Positions 14,598-22,205 of a stretch of 24,000 nucleotides of DNA are shown here, piece by piece. The position numbers were made by a program, and so were the translations under genes. Each line of letters begins with the position of its first letter. The first letter of the stretch is position 1. The stretch is taken from assembly GCA_965371185.1 (NCBI GenBank), contig CBDUXN010000001.1, positions 1 to 24,000 of the forward strand. The letters are read 5' to 3'. Source of the DNA: an uncultured Thermoplasmata archaeon. GTDB taxonomy: Archaea > Thermoplasmatota > Thermoplasmata > GCA-020350865. The notes beneath the pieces are model-generated. The model did not search any database, was not told where the DNA came from, and saw nothing but the letters and a program-made list of their open reading frames with translations.

Positions 14598-17500
14598 GCG
14601 ATCCCCTCCTTAAGTGCAGCGACAGCCTGTGCAAGAATCTGCAAATCCGTAAAGTGGGCAATATCAATGGCCTTCTCAGGACAAGCAGCGCTACAGGTGC
14701 CGCATCCCTTGCATAATACCTCGGCCACCTTCGCCTTCAATTCTTCCATATCAACACTTACTGCCCCGTACGGGCATACCATTTCGCAGGTACCGCAGCC
14801 TGTACATTTTTCCTCATCAACAGAAGATACCACCCCCTCAACAAAGAGCCTCTCTTTCGATAGAATCGTGGCAGCTCTTGAAACAGCAGCGCTTGCCTGT
14901 GAGATACATTCGTTAAAGAATTTGGGCGAATGAGCCAAGCCGCACATGAAGATGCCATCTGTTGCGAATTCCACTGGACGCAGCTTCATATGCGCTTCCA
15001 AGAAAAATCCGTCCTTACTCAAGGGTACCTTCAGCAGTTGTGCCAATTCAGAGTTGTCTGGGTTGGGAAGCGTTGCGGCGCTCAACACCAGGTAATCTGG
15101 TTTCAATACGATATCCTCATTCAGAAAATGATCAAAAACCTTGACTTGTAGGCCATCATCATCGGTAGCCACCGGCTTCGTTTCGTCATCGTATCTGGTG
15201 AAATTGACACCCTGCTTTGCCGCCTCTTCGTAGTAAATTTCCCTGAAACCGTATGTTCTCATATCCTTATACAGGATGAAGACGCTGATATCGGGATTCT
15301 TTTCTTTAACCTTCAATGCATTTTTAACGGCCTCCACACAGCACACCCTGCTGCAGTAGGTTCGAGCTTCGTCCCTGCAACCTACACACTGGATCATAAC
15401 CACCGTTTTGGCTTTGGGATTCAATTCATTATTGAACAGAATATTATCGAATTCTAGCTGGGTAAGCACTTTTTCATTTTTACCGTATAAGTACTCCGTA
15501 GGTTTGTATTCGATACCACCTGTGGCAACGATAATTGCCCCATGTTCAAGGGTCTTCTCTTCGCCATTATGATCCAAGGTACTGACGAAGTTCCCGACAT
15601 AGCCCGAGACGTTCTTTATCACCGTATTTTTATAGACGGTAATTTTGTCGTTTGCCTCGACCTTTGAAAGGGTCTCATTCAGATACCCAGGGATATCTTC
15701 CCCCTTTAAACCGTAATGGAGTCTTTTTACCAGTCCTCCCAATTCATTCTCCTTCTCCACCAGGTAGGCCTCAAATCCCTGCTCCGCAAGTTCCAAGGCT
15801 GCCTGCATCCCGCTTATTCCTCCGCCTATTACCAGGGCGGATTGTTTTACCTCGATCGATATCTTTGGCAGTGATGTGTTCAATCTCGCTTTTGCCACCG
15901 CCATCCGTACCAGATCTTTCGCCTTCTCCGTGGCTCTTTCCGGATCGTTCATGTGGACCCACGAGCACTGATCGCGAATGTTCGCCATCTCAAAGAGGTA
16001 CGGGTTCAAACCTCCTTCAGCCACAGTGTTTTGGAACAATGGCTGATGTGTCCTGGGAGTGCAAGAGGCTACCATCACACGATTGAGGTTATGCTCCTTG
16101 ATCATCTCCTTTATGTGCTCCTGTGCATCTTGGGAACACGTGTACAGATTATCTTCCGCATGAGCGACATTCGGCAGTGTTTTCGCATATTCCACAACAC
16201 CAGGAACATCCACAACACCCCCGATATTAATGCCGCAATGACAGATAAAAGCTCCAATGCGAGGCTCCTCACCAGAAACATCCTTCTCCTCTGGATATTC
16301 CTTTACCGTGGTGAGCGTATCCCTTTGTGATGAAATGACGCTCGACGCTCTTGCTGCTGCTCCAGAAGCTTGGGCAACGCTGTCAGGAATGTCCTTTGGA
16401 TCCTGGAACACACCGGATACGAATATTCCCGGCTTGTTCGTACCTATGGGAGAGAATATGGTGGTACTGCAGAAGTCGAAATCGTTTAATTCGATCCCCA
16501 ATTTTTCGCCCAGCTCTTTTGCATGTTTGGGGTGTTCCATGCCCACCGCAAGAACGACTAAATCGAACTCTTCCTCCTTTAGTTCGCCCTCCTCGATATA
16601 TACTATTTTGAGATTCTTTGTATCACGCATCTCCTCAACAGAAGAAATGCGATTGTTGCTGACAAATCTCACTTTATGTTCATCGGCAGCCCTGATGTAA
16701 TAATCATCGAATTCCTTGCCGAAGGCCCGCATGTCCATGAAGAATATGGTTGAACTCAGGCCTGGAGTATGTTCTTGCGCTATAACCGCCTCTTTTATTG
16801 CGAACATGCAGCATACTGAGGAGCAGTATGGGTTGCCGATGCTTCTGTCTCTGGAACCCACACACTGGATAAATGCTATTTTCTGGGCTATCTTTCCATC
16901 CGATGGTCTGAGAACAACACCTCCATAGGGGCCAGTTGCGCTCAGCATGCGCTCCAATTCGAGACTTGATACAACGTTGGGAAATCTGCCGTAGCCGTAC
17001 TCCCTTCTCATGGTGCTCAGATCGAACTCCTCGAACCCTGGAGACACGATGATCGAGCCCACGTTCAGTTCCATATCTTCCGGTGTTTGGGAATATTGTA
17101 TCGCCCCAGCCCTGCACTGGGTATCGCAGATGCCGCATCCTATGCAGTGATCCTGGTCTATGCAATGGGTTGGAGGTACAGCCTGGGGATATCCGATGTA
17201 GATCGCCTTTCTGACCTTGAAGCCCCTGTTGTACTCATCCTTGACCTCAACAGGGCAGCGCTGTGTACACAGACCGCAGCCTGTACATTTGCTCTCGTCC
17301 ACGTACCGGGGCCTTTTACTCACGGTGACCTTGAAATTGCCTGCCTCGCCTTCCACCTTTTCCACATCAGCATTCGTTATCAGCTTGATGTTGTGATGTC
17401 TTCCCGTCTCAACCAACTTAGGGGCCATGATGCACATTGCACAGTCGTTCGTTGGGAACGTTTTGTCCAACTGAGCCATGGCACCGCCAATGCTGGGTGA

Positions 17501-17608
17501 GCTGTCAACTATGTACACATAATAACCTGAATCAGCCAAATCCAGTGACGACTGCATGCCTGCTATTCCGCCGCCTATGACAAGAACAGCACCCACCTTA
17601 TCGCTCAT
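14594..17608 (-). CDS. hdrA: Tandem-fused double HdrA-like flavoprotein (1004 aa from ATG 17608), copy 3
   Basis: Motif series as copies 1-2: GGGIAG, DKTFPTNDCAMC, CTGCGLCTQRCP, CIGCGICDTQC, GAFICHCGINIGG, GGGISG, CVGCRDEARTYCSRVCC, CTGCGTCEMVCP, CKGCGTCSAACP. The track start (17662) adds 18 non-homologous residues. ATG 17608 (MSDKVGAVLVIGGG) aligns with the paralogues, has GGAGGTG 7 nt upstream, and forms ATGA with the upstream stop. Confidence 0.9.
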   Translation of the reverse strand: MSDKVGAVLVIGGGIAGMQSSLDLADSGYYVYIVDSSPSIGGAMAQLDKTFPTNDCAMCIMAPKLVETGRHHNIKLITNADVEKVEGEAGNFKVTVSKRPRYVDESKCTGCGLCTQRCPVEVKDEYNRGFKVRKAIYIGYPQAVPPTHCIDQDHCIGCGICDTQCRAGAIQYSQTPEDMELNVGSIIVSPGFEEFDLSTMRREYGYGRFPNVVSSLELERMLSATGPYGGVVLRPSDGKIAQKIAFIQCVGSRDRSIGNPYCSSVCCMFAIKEAVIAQEHTPGLSSTIFFMDMRAFGKEFDDYYIRAADEHKVRFVSNNRISSVEEMRDTKNLKIVYIEEGELKEEEFDLVVLAVGMEHPKHAKELGEKLGIELNDFDFCSTTIFSPIGTNKPGIFVSGVFQDPKDIPDSVAQASGAAARASSVISSQRDTLTTVKEYPEEKDVSGEEPRIGAFICHCGINIGGVVDVPGVVEYAKTLPNVAHAEDNLYTCSQDAQEHIKEMIKEHNLNRVMVASCTPRTHQPLFQNTVAEGGLNPYLFEMANIRDQCSWVHMNDPERATEKAKDLVRMAVAKARLNTSLPKISIEVKQSALVIGGGISGMQAALELAEQGFEAYLVEKENELGGLVKRLHYGLKGEDIPGYLNETLSKVEANDKITVYKNTVIKNVSGYVGNFVSTLDHNGEEKTLEHGAIIVATGGIEYKPTEYLYGKNEKVLTQLEFDNILFNNELNPKAKTVVMIQCVGCRDEARTYCSRVCCVEAVKNALKVKEKNPDISVFILYKDMRTYGFREIYYEEAAKQGVNFTRYDDETKPVATDDDGLQVKVFDHFLNEDIVLKPDYLVLSAATLPNPDNSELAQLLKVPLSKDGFFLEAHMKLRPVEFATDGIFMCGLAHSPKFFNECISQASAAVSRAATILSKERLFVEGVVSSVDEEKCTGCGTCEMVCPYGAVSVDMEELKAKVAEVLCKGCGTCSAACPEKAIDIAHFTDLQILAQAVAALKEGIA

Positions 17609-17913
17609 CTGAACACCTCCTGACCGGAGAGGAGACCTCTTATACATACGGAGAAGTTGCACTCATCACTCCTCGCCCTCTCACAGCTGTGGCATCTCAA
17701 CGTTAGGAGCATGTTCCTAGTGATTTTCTTCTTCGTCTCTTCATCGATTTCGGGCAGTGAGGCCAAGCATTCCTGGATGATTTTGGTTTGAACCTGCCCC
17801 CATCTTGGGAGCGTGGAGATGCGTTCCCGATCTTGCCAGGAATCTCTTATCATCTTTATTCTCCCCTTTGTACCTTTGCTCTTAGACTTGGTAGGGGGTT
17901 CTTCTCTCTTCAT
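17605..17913 (-). CDS. Small Cys4 protein (102 aa), paralogue of 14313-14597
   Basis: Same C-terminal block, LLTLRCHSCERARSDECNFSVCIRGLLSG. Basic N-terminus (KREEPPTKSKSKGTKGRIK). ATG overlaps the upstream MvhD-like stop (ATGA 17910-17913), with GGAGGTG SD. Confidence 0.65.
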   Translation of the reverse strand: MKREEPPTKSKSKGTKGRIKMIRDSWQDRERISTLPRWGQVQTKIIQECLASLPEIDEETKKKITRNMLLTLRCHSCERARSDECNFSVCIRGLLSGQEVFR

Positions 17914-18830
17914 CTGAGCACCTCCTCTTTCAGGGTTATGTAAAGAGGCATCACGCCGTCGAACTTGTCCACCATAACCAAACCTCTATCTTTAAGGGTG
18001 ACGATATGCTGCAGCACCTTTTGCGGGGGGAGTTGGATATTGGAAGCGATATCTATAACGGAGTAGGGTCCGTCCATGGTCATAAGAAGAATTTTCTGCC
18101 TGGCAATCTCATCATCTATCGCTCTCTCCATAAGATCGTCAAATTCTTCCTGCGAAAGCTTGTTATCGTAGACATTGCCCTTCTCTATCAGCTCAATTTC
18201 TTTGGCCACAAGAGACCTCAACCTGAAATCCCTTACAGCGTTCTTGGCGGCGAAGAGGGTTTCAAGTTTTTCAATGTCGGGCTTATCTCCCGCTACAGAA
18301 CTGGGGCCCAGAGCCTTTATTTCATTAACAAAATCCTCCACAACCTTGGAAAATCTCTCGCCTTCCGATGCGGATATCCATTCCAAGCGCAATCGCTTCG
18401 GTTCAACTCCTGCCTTCTCGATCAATTTTCTTGCCAGCTTGACCTTCTTCTCTGTGAAGTAATTTCCTGTTATATAGTGACAATCGCCGAGATGGCAGCC
18501 TCCAACGAGCACACCATCCGCACCGTGAATGAACATCTCAATTATGAGAACAGGGTCAATCCTGGAGCTGCACATTACCCGAACCGTCCGAGTGTTTGTA
18601 GGATACTGGTATCTGCTCACGCCCGCCAAATCCGCACCTGCGTAAGAGCACCAGTTGCAGAGAAAGGCTATGATCTTCGGCTCGAATTCTTTTCCAGTTT
18701 TTTCCTCTTCTGCTTTGGCTTCAACTTTCTTTTTGAGCTTTAATTTGATGGTTTTCTTCTTTGGCTTCTCAGCTTTATCTTCCACTTTCTCCTCTTTAGA
18801 GGCGTTTTGTAAGCTCTGTTCTTCGCTCAA
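17910..18830 (-). CDS. MvhD-type protein with Lys/Glu-rich N-terminal extension and C-terminal winged-helix-like extension (306 aa)
   Basis: Core: FLCNWCSYAGADLAG, RVMCSS, GGCHLGDCHY. C-terminal extension: DFRLRSLVAKEIELIEKGNVYDN ... KILLMTMDGPYSVIDIASNIQLPPQKVLQHIVTLKDRGLVMVDKFDGVMPLYI. The N-terminal 47 aa are K/E low complexity. TTG start (TTGA overlap 18827-18830) is supported by GGAGGAGGTGG 5 nt upstream and by the absence of any internal Met before the core. Confidence 0.8.
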   Translation of the reverse strand: MSEEQSLQNASKEEKVEDKAEKPKKKTIKLKLKKKVEAKAEEEKTGKEFEPKIIAFLCNWCSYAGADLAGVSRYQYPTNTRTVRVMCSSRIDPVLIIEMFIHGADGVLVGGCHLGDCHYITGNYFTEKKVKLARKLIEKAGVEPKRLRLEWISASEGERFSKVVEDFVNEIKALGPSSVAGDKPDIEKLETLFAAKNAVRDFRLRSLVAKEIELIEKGNVYDNKLSQEEFDDLMERAIDDEIARQKILLMTMDGPYSVIDIASNIQLPPQKVLQHIVTLKDRGLVMVDKFDGVMPLYITLKEEVLR

Positions 18831-20710
18831 GTTCCCACCTCCTCCAAGGCCGCGATGGCTTCAGCGGTGAGCTGCTCGTCCGTGTAATGTGTCATGGATA
18901 TCGCCTTCTCTGGGCAGATGGAGCCGCAGGTCCCGCAGCCCTTACATGCCGCCACGATGGTCTCAGCTATGCCTTCTTCATCGAATTGGATCGCTCCATA
19001 TGGACAGACCTTTTCACATGATCTACACCCCGAGCATCGCTCCCTGTCCACCTGGGAAACGATGGCCTCTGCCTGAACATAACCCTTACCCATAGGTATA
19101 GAGGCATGAGAGGCTGCGCCGTATGCCTGAGCCACTGTCTCGTTGATGTTTGCTGGGCCGTGAGCTGTGCCGCACAGGAATATACCATCCGTTGCAAAAT
19201 CCACGGGGCGGAGCTTGACATGGGCCTCCAAGAAGAAACCGTCCCTACCCAAAGGAACCTTGAGCAGCTTTGACAGCTCCACTGCTCCAGGCCTCTGGGT
19301 AAGAGGTGTTGCCAACACTATCAGATCAGGCTGCATCCTCCTATCAGCCTTCAACGTTTCGTGGTAGTAGGATATCGTGAGCTTTCCGTCCTCCATCGTA
19401 ACTTTCGGCGGGTTCTCGGGAACGAAGCGTGTGAACTTAACCCTTTTTTCTCTGGACTTATTGTATAAAAGCTCTTGCTCTACCCCGTAAGTTGTTATTC
19501 CCCTGTTGAATACGGTAACCTCCACACCACCCCTTTCTTTCGGTCTTTCTTCGCCTCTCTCAACTCCCCGCCTTCTCGTGGGTCTCCTCGCCCTTCTGTC
19601 CCTTCTGCTCCTTCTTCCTGATGCTCTTTGCTCCTCTGGTTCCTCCGCTGCCTCCTCCTTTCCTTCCTCGGCTTGTTCCTCCTCCCCATTTTCATCCCCC
19701 TTTGCCTCAGCGGCACCTGATGCCATTTCCATGAGCTTCATGGCGTTTTTCACGGTTACAGTGCAGCAGATCCTCGAGCAGTACTCCTTGTCCTGACCCC
19801 TCGAGCCCGCACATGTGATAAACGCAACGTTCTTTAGGTCCGAGGGGAGCTTATCCTCCCTGGCCATTTCCTCGAAATCAGTTAATGTTATAACGTTATC
19901 GAACTCTCCCAATCCGTACAGGCCTTTTGGCCTGTGTTCCTCAGCACCTGTAGCCACTATGATCGTGCCTACACCTATCTCCTTATCCTCGCCATTGACG
20001 TCAAGAACTGCATCGTATTTGCCGATGTATCCCTTTAAAAATTTCAGATTTGTATTCGTGTACAAATGGATTTTTTCATTTGCTTTCACCTTTTCAATCA
20101 GGGGTTCTACGACTTTGTTACCGCTCTCCCCTGTTTGGTAGAGGGTGTTCAGCTTCTTGATAAAGCCGCCAAGCTCAGGCTCCCTCTCGATCAAATGGGT
20201 TTCGAAACCTTGGTTTGCCAGGTTGAGGGCAGCGGTCATACCAGCCACTCCACCTCCCAACACAAGAGAAGATGGCCTGACATCTATTTTCACTTCCTCC
20301 TGCGGTTCGAGAAGTGTGGCCCGAGCGACACCCATTCTTATCAGATCCTTGGCCTTTTCAGAGGCTCTCTCCTTCTCCTTCATGTGCACCCATGAGCAGT
20401 GCTCCCTGATGTTCACGAAGGTGAACAGGTATTTGTTCAACCCGGCCTCTTCGCAAATTCTCATGAAAAGCGGTGCGTGGGTACGGGGTGTGCATGATGC
20501 CACGATCACCCTGTTGAGGTTGTGCTCCTTTATGGCGTTCTTAATCGCCGTTAACCCGTCATCAGCGCAAGTGTAGAGGTTATTCTCGGCATGAACCACA
20601 TTGGGCAATGTCCTTGCATAATCCGCAACGGTTGGCACATCGACGAAGCCGCCGATGTTCACCCCACAGTGGCAGACGAACACACCGATTCTTAGCGTTT
20701 CCTGTTCCAT
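18827..20710 (-). CDS. hdrA: HdrA-like flavoprotein, C-terminal-half type (627 aa): N-terminal Cys domain + FAD domain + C-terminal ferredoxin, with a charged low-complexity insert
   Basis: GVFVCHCGVNIGG..ASCTPRTH..CSWVH, LGGGVAGMTAALNLANQG, CAGSRGQDKEYCSRICC, FLEAHVKLRPVD, CSGCRSCEKVCP, CKGCGTCGSICP. It is collinear with the second half of the fused copies. ATG shares one nt with the upstream stop (TGATG 20708-20712), with GGTGGTGA SD. Confidence 0.88.
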   Translation of the reverse strand: MEQETLRIGVFVCHCGVNIGGFVDVPTVADYARTLPNVVHAENNLYTCADDGLTAIKNAIKEHNLNRVIVASCTPRTHAPLFMRICEEAGLNKYLFTFVNIREHCSWVHMKEKERASEKAKDLIRMGVARATLLEPQEEVKIDVRPSSLVLGGGVAGMTAALNLANQGFETHLIEREPELGGFIKKLNTLYQTGESGNKVVEPLIEKVKANEKIHLYTNTNLKFLKGYIGKYDAVLDVNGEDKEIGVGTIIVATGAEEHRPKGLYGLGEFDNVITLTDFEEMAREDKLPSDLKNVAFITCAGSRGQDKEYCSRICCTVTVKNAMKLMEMASGAAEAKGDENGEEEQAEEGKEEAAEEPEEQRASGRRSRRDRRARRPTRRRGVERGEERPKERGGVEVTVFNRGITTYGVEQELLYNKSREKRVKFTRFVPENPPKVTMEDGKLTISYYHETLKADRRMQPDLIVLATPLTQRPGAVELSKLLKVPLGRDGFFLEAHVKLRPVDFATDGIFLCGTAHGPANINETVAQAYGAASHASIPMGKGYVQAEAIVSQVDRERCSGCRSCEKVCPYGAIQFDEEGIAETIVAACKGCGTCGSICPEKAISMTHYTDEQLTAEAIAALEEVGT

Positions 20711-22011
20711 CAGCTCACCACCTTGGTTGTAAGGAGCTCCGCAGCCCTCGCAGCGGCACCGCTCGCCTGGGTTACAGCCTCAGGAATATCCATGGGCTCA
20801 TGACAGTAACCAGCCAGATAAATTCCAGGCCGCTTGGTGTCAACTGGGTTCAGCAGCTTGTCCACAGATTCGTAGAAGCCGAACTCATCCACGTCGATTC
20901 CAAGAAGCTCTGCCAGTTCTTTGGCACCCTTCCTGGGCATGAGCGTTGTCGCCAGAACCACCATGTCAACCTCCATCTTCTCCTGTCTACCAGCCACATC
21001 ATATATTACAATGGGGTTATGGTTGTCGGGATTCTCATCCACGGTGGCGTCTGAGTTGATGTATGTGATACCGTAATCGCTCTTTCCCCTCTCCACGTAC
21101 TCGTTGAAACCCTTGCCGAAGGTCCTCAAATCCTTATAAAAGATGAACGATTCCATGTCATCGTGATGCTCCCTTGCCAATATCGCCTCCTTCGTAGAGT
21201 GCATGCAGCAAACACTGCAGCAGTACGGACGGTCCAACTGTGGATTCCTCGAACCAACGCACTGTATGAACCCGATTTTCTTGGGCCTTTCGCCGTCGGA
21301 ACGTCTCTGTATATGTCCGCCTGTTGGTCCTGAGGCGTTGATCAGGCGCTCGAATTCCATGGATATAAAGACATTGGGAATCTTACCGTAGCCGTATTCT
21401 TTTGCACTGGTTGGGTCCCAAACATCGAATCCCGTGGCAACGATGATCGCAGCCACGTTCAACTTCACCTCCTCGGGGCCCTTATCGAATTCTATTGCGC
21501 CGATTTTACACAGCTTCTCGCACACCCTGCACTTGCCCTTCGTGAAGAATATGCAGTTCTCCTCGTCTATGGTCATGACCCTTGGAACGGCCTGTAAGAA
21601 TGGTAAATAGATGGCCTTTCTCATGCCCAAATTCATATCGAATTCATTTGGGACCTTGACTGGACATTTTGCGTTACAGTCACCGCAACCAGTGCATACA
21701 TCCTCCTTTACATGCCTGGCCTTTCTCAGCACCTTCACCTCATATTTTCCTGCCTCACCTTCTATGCCTTTAACCTCAGAATAGGTCATGACCTTGATGT
21801 TTTCGTGGCCAAAACAATCTGCCATCTTCGGGGCAAGTATGCAGATGGAGCAATCGTTCGTGGGAAAGGTCTTGTCCAGTTGAGCCATTCTTCCCCCGAT
21901 GCTCGTTTCCCTTTCCACGAGATAGACCTGCATACCTTTATCAGCCAAATCCAAAGAGGCCTGGATCCCTGCGATGCCTCCGCCTATGACCAAAACGCTT
22001 TTGTCTTCCAT
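20710..22011 (-). CDS. hdrA: HdrA-like flavoprotein, N-terminal-half type (433 aa, QmoA-like size/architecture)
   Basis: VIGGGIAGIQASLDLADKG, DKTFPTNDCSICILAPK, CTGCGDCNAKCP, CIFFTKGKCRVCEKLC, CVGSRNPQLDRPYCCSVCC. It is collinear with the first half of the fused copies and ends where their inter-half linker begins. It is the first gene after a 194-nt intergenic region. Confidence 0.88.
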   Translation of the reverse strand: MEDKSVLVIGGGIAGIQASLDLADKGMQVYLVERETSIGGRMAQLDKTFPTNDCSICILAPKMADCFGHENIKVMTYSEVKGIEGEAGKYEVKVLRKARHVKEDVCTGCGDCNAKCPVKVPNEFDMNLGMRKAIYLPFLQAVPRVMTIDEENCIFFTKGKCRVCEKLCKIGAIEFDKGPEEVKLNVAAIIVATGFDVWDPTSAKEYGYGKIPNVFISMEFERLINASGPTGGHIQRRSDGERPKKIGFIQCVGSRNPQLDRPYCCSVCCMHSTKEAILAREHHDDMESFIFYKDLRTFGKGFNEYVERGKSDYGITYINSDATVDENPDNHNPIVIYDVAGRQEKMEVDMVVLATTLMPRKGAKELAELLGIDVDEFGFYESVDKLLNPVDTKRPGIYLAGYCHEPMDIPEAVTQASGAAARAAELLTTKVVS

Positions 22012-22084
22012 TTTATGCCCCCATTAACTTTGAAGGAAACGATACTTTACTCCCCTCATTTGAAGGTTTTAAGGCAATCCTGAA

Positions 22085-22125
22085 TTGTTTTTTAATGATA
22101 AATAGTTTATGACGATATATGGCAC
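22085..22125 (-). promoter_or_regulatory. Candidate promoter region of the hdrA/mvhD array (TATA-like runs)
   Basis: The minus strand reads ccatatatcgtcataaactatttatcattaaaaaac, ~75-115 nt upstream of ATG 22011. It is the only strongly AT-rich TATA-like stretch in the 194-nt spacer. No TSS data are available. Confidence 0.25.
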
Positions 22126-22205
22126 TTTTCAGATTGTTTTCGGCAATATAACCCTGGAATTTGGCAGGTTTCGACGTAGGTAACCCAGGTTCAATCGGCC
22201 TCAAA

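Noticed and set aside
6700-17608. The possibility that the three ~1000-aa HdrA genes are an assembly artefact (a collapsed or expanded repeat)
   Set aside because: The copies differ substantially at the nucleotide level, for example at the 5' ends 13451-13511 versus 17556-17608. They also have different neighbours: a Cys4 gene is present or absent, and the MvhD forms differ. They are therefore genuine diverged paralogues.
17609-17662. 18-residue N-terminal extension of HdrA copy 3 given by the ORF track (MQLLRMYKRSPLRSGGVQ)
   Set aside because: The paralogues all start at M(S/T)(G/D)..(I/V)GAVLV. ATG 17608 has GGAGGTG at optimal spacing and forms ATGA with the upstream stop. The extension lies entirely inside the Cys4 gene in another frame.
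18006-18743. 245-aa plus-strand ORF opposite the 306-aa MvhD-like gene
   Set aside because: Same reasoning: it is antisense to a motif-rich gene, has no start context and no recognisable domain.
19495-19796. ORFs 19495-19716 (-) and 19506-19796 (+) in alternative frames
   Set aside because: They arise from the GA/CT-rich low-complexity DNA that encodes the charged insert of HdrA-C. The HdrA-C frame is continuous and homologous on both sides.
18827-22011. Reading the split HdrA as a frameshifted pseudogene of a fused HdrA
   Set aside because: Both parts are intact and full length with all cofactor motifs. The break coincides with the domain linker. The downstream part has its own ATG and SD. 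The pair is more divergent than the fused copies, so it is not a recent break. A sequencing indel cannot be excluded without reads.
4759-22011. Selenocysteine (in-frame TGA) in MvhA, MvhD or HdrA, as in Methanococcales Vhu/HdrA
   Set aside because: All the relevant positions (DPCLSCATH, DKTFPTNDC(A/S)(M/I)C, MvhD Cys motifs) are encoded as Cys within uninterrupted ORFs. No in-frame TGA needs to be invoked.
22013-22204. 63-aa minus-strand ORF filling the spacer between TBP-B and HdrA-N
   Set aside because: It occupies exactly the intergenic/promoter region. The sequence is basic and low-information, has no SD, and runs right up to the hdrA start codon. It is better explained as a promoter plus 5' leader.
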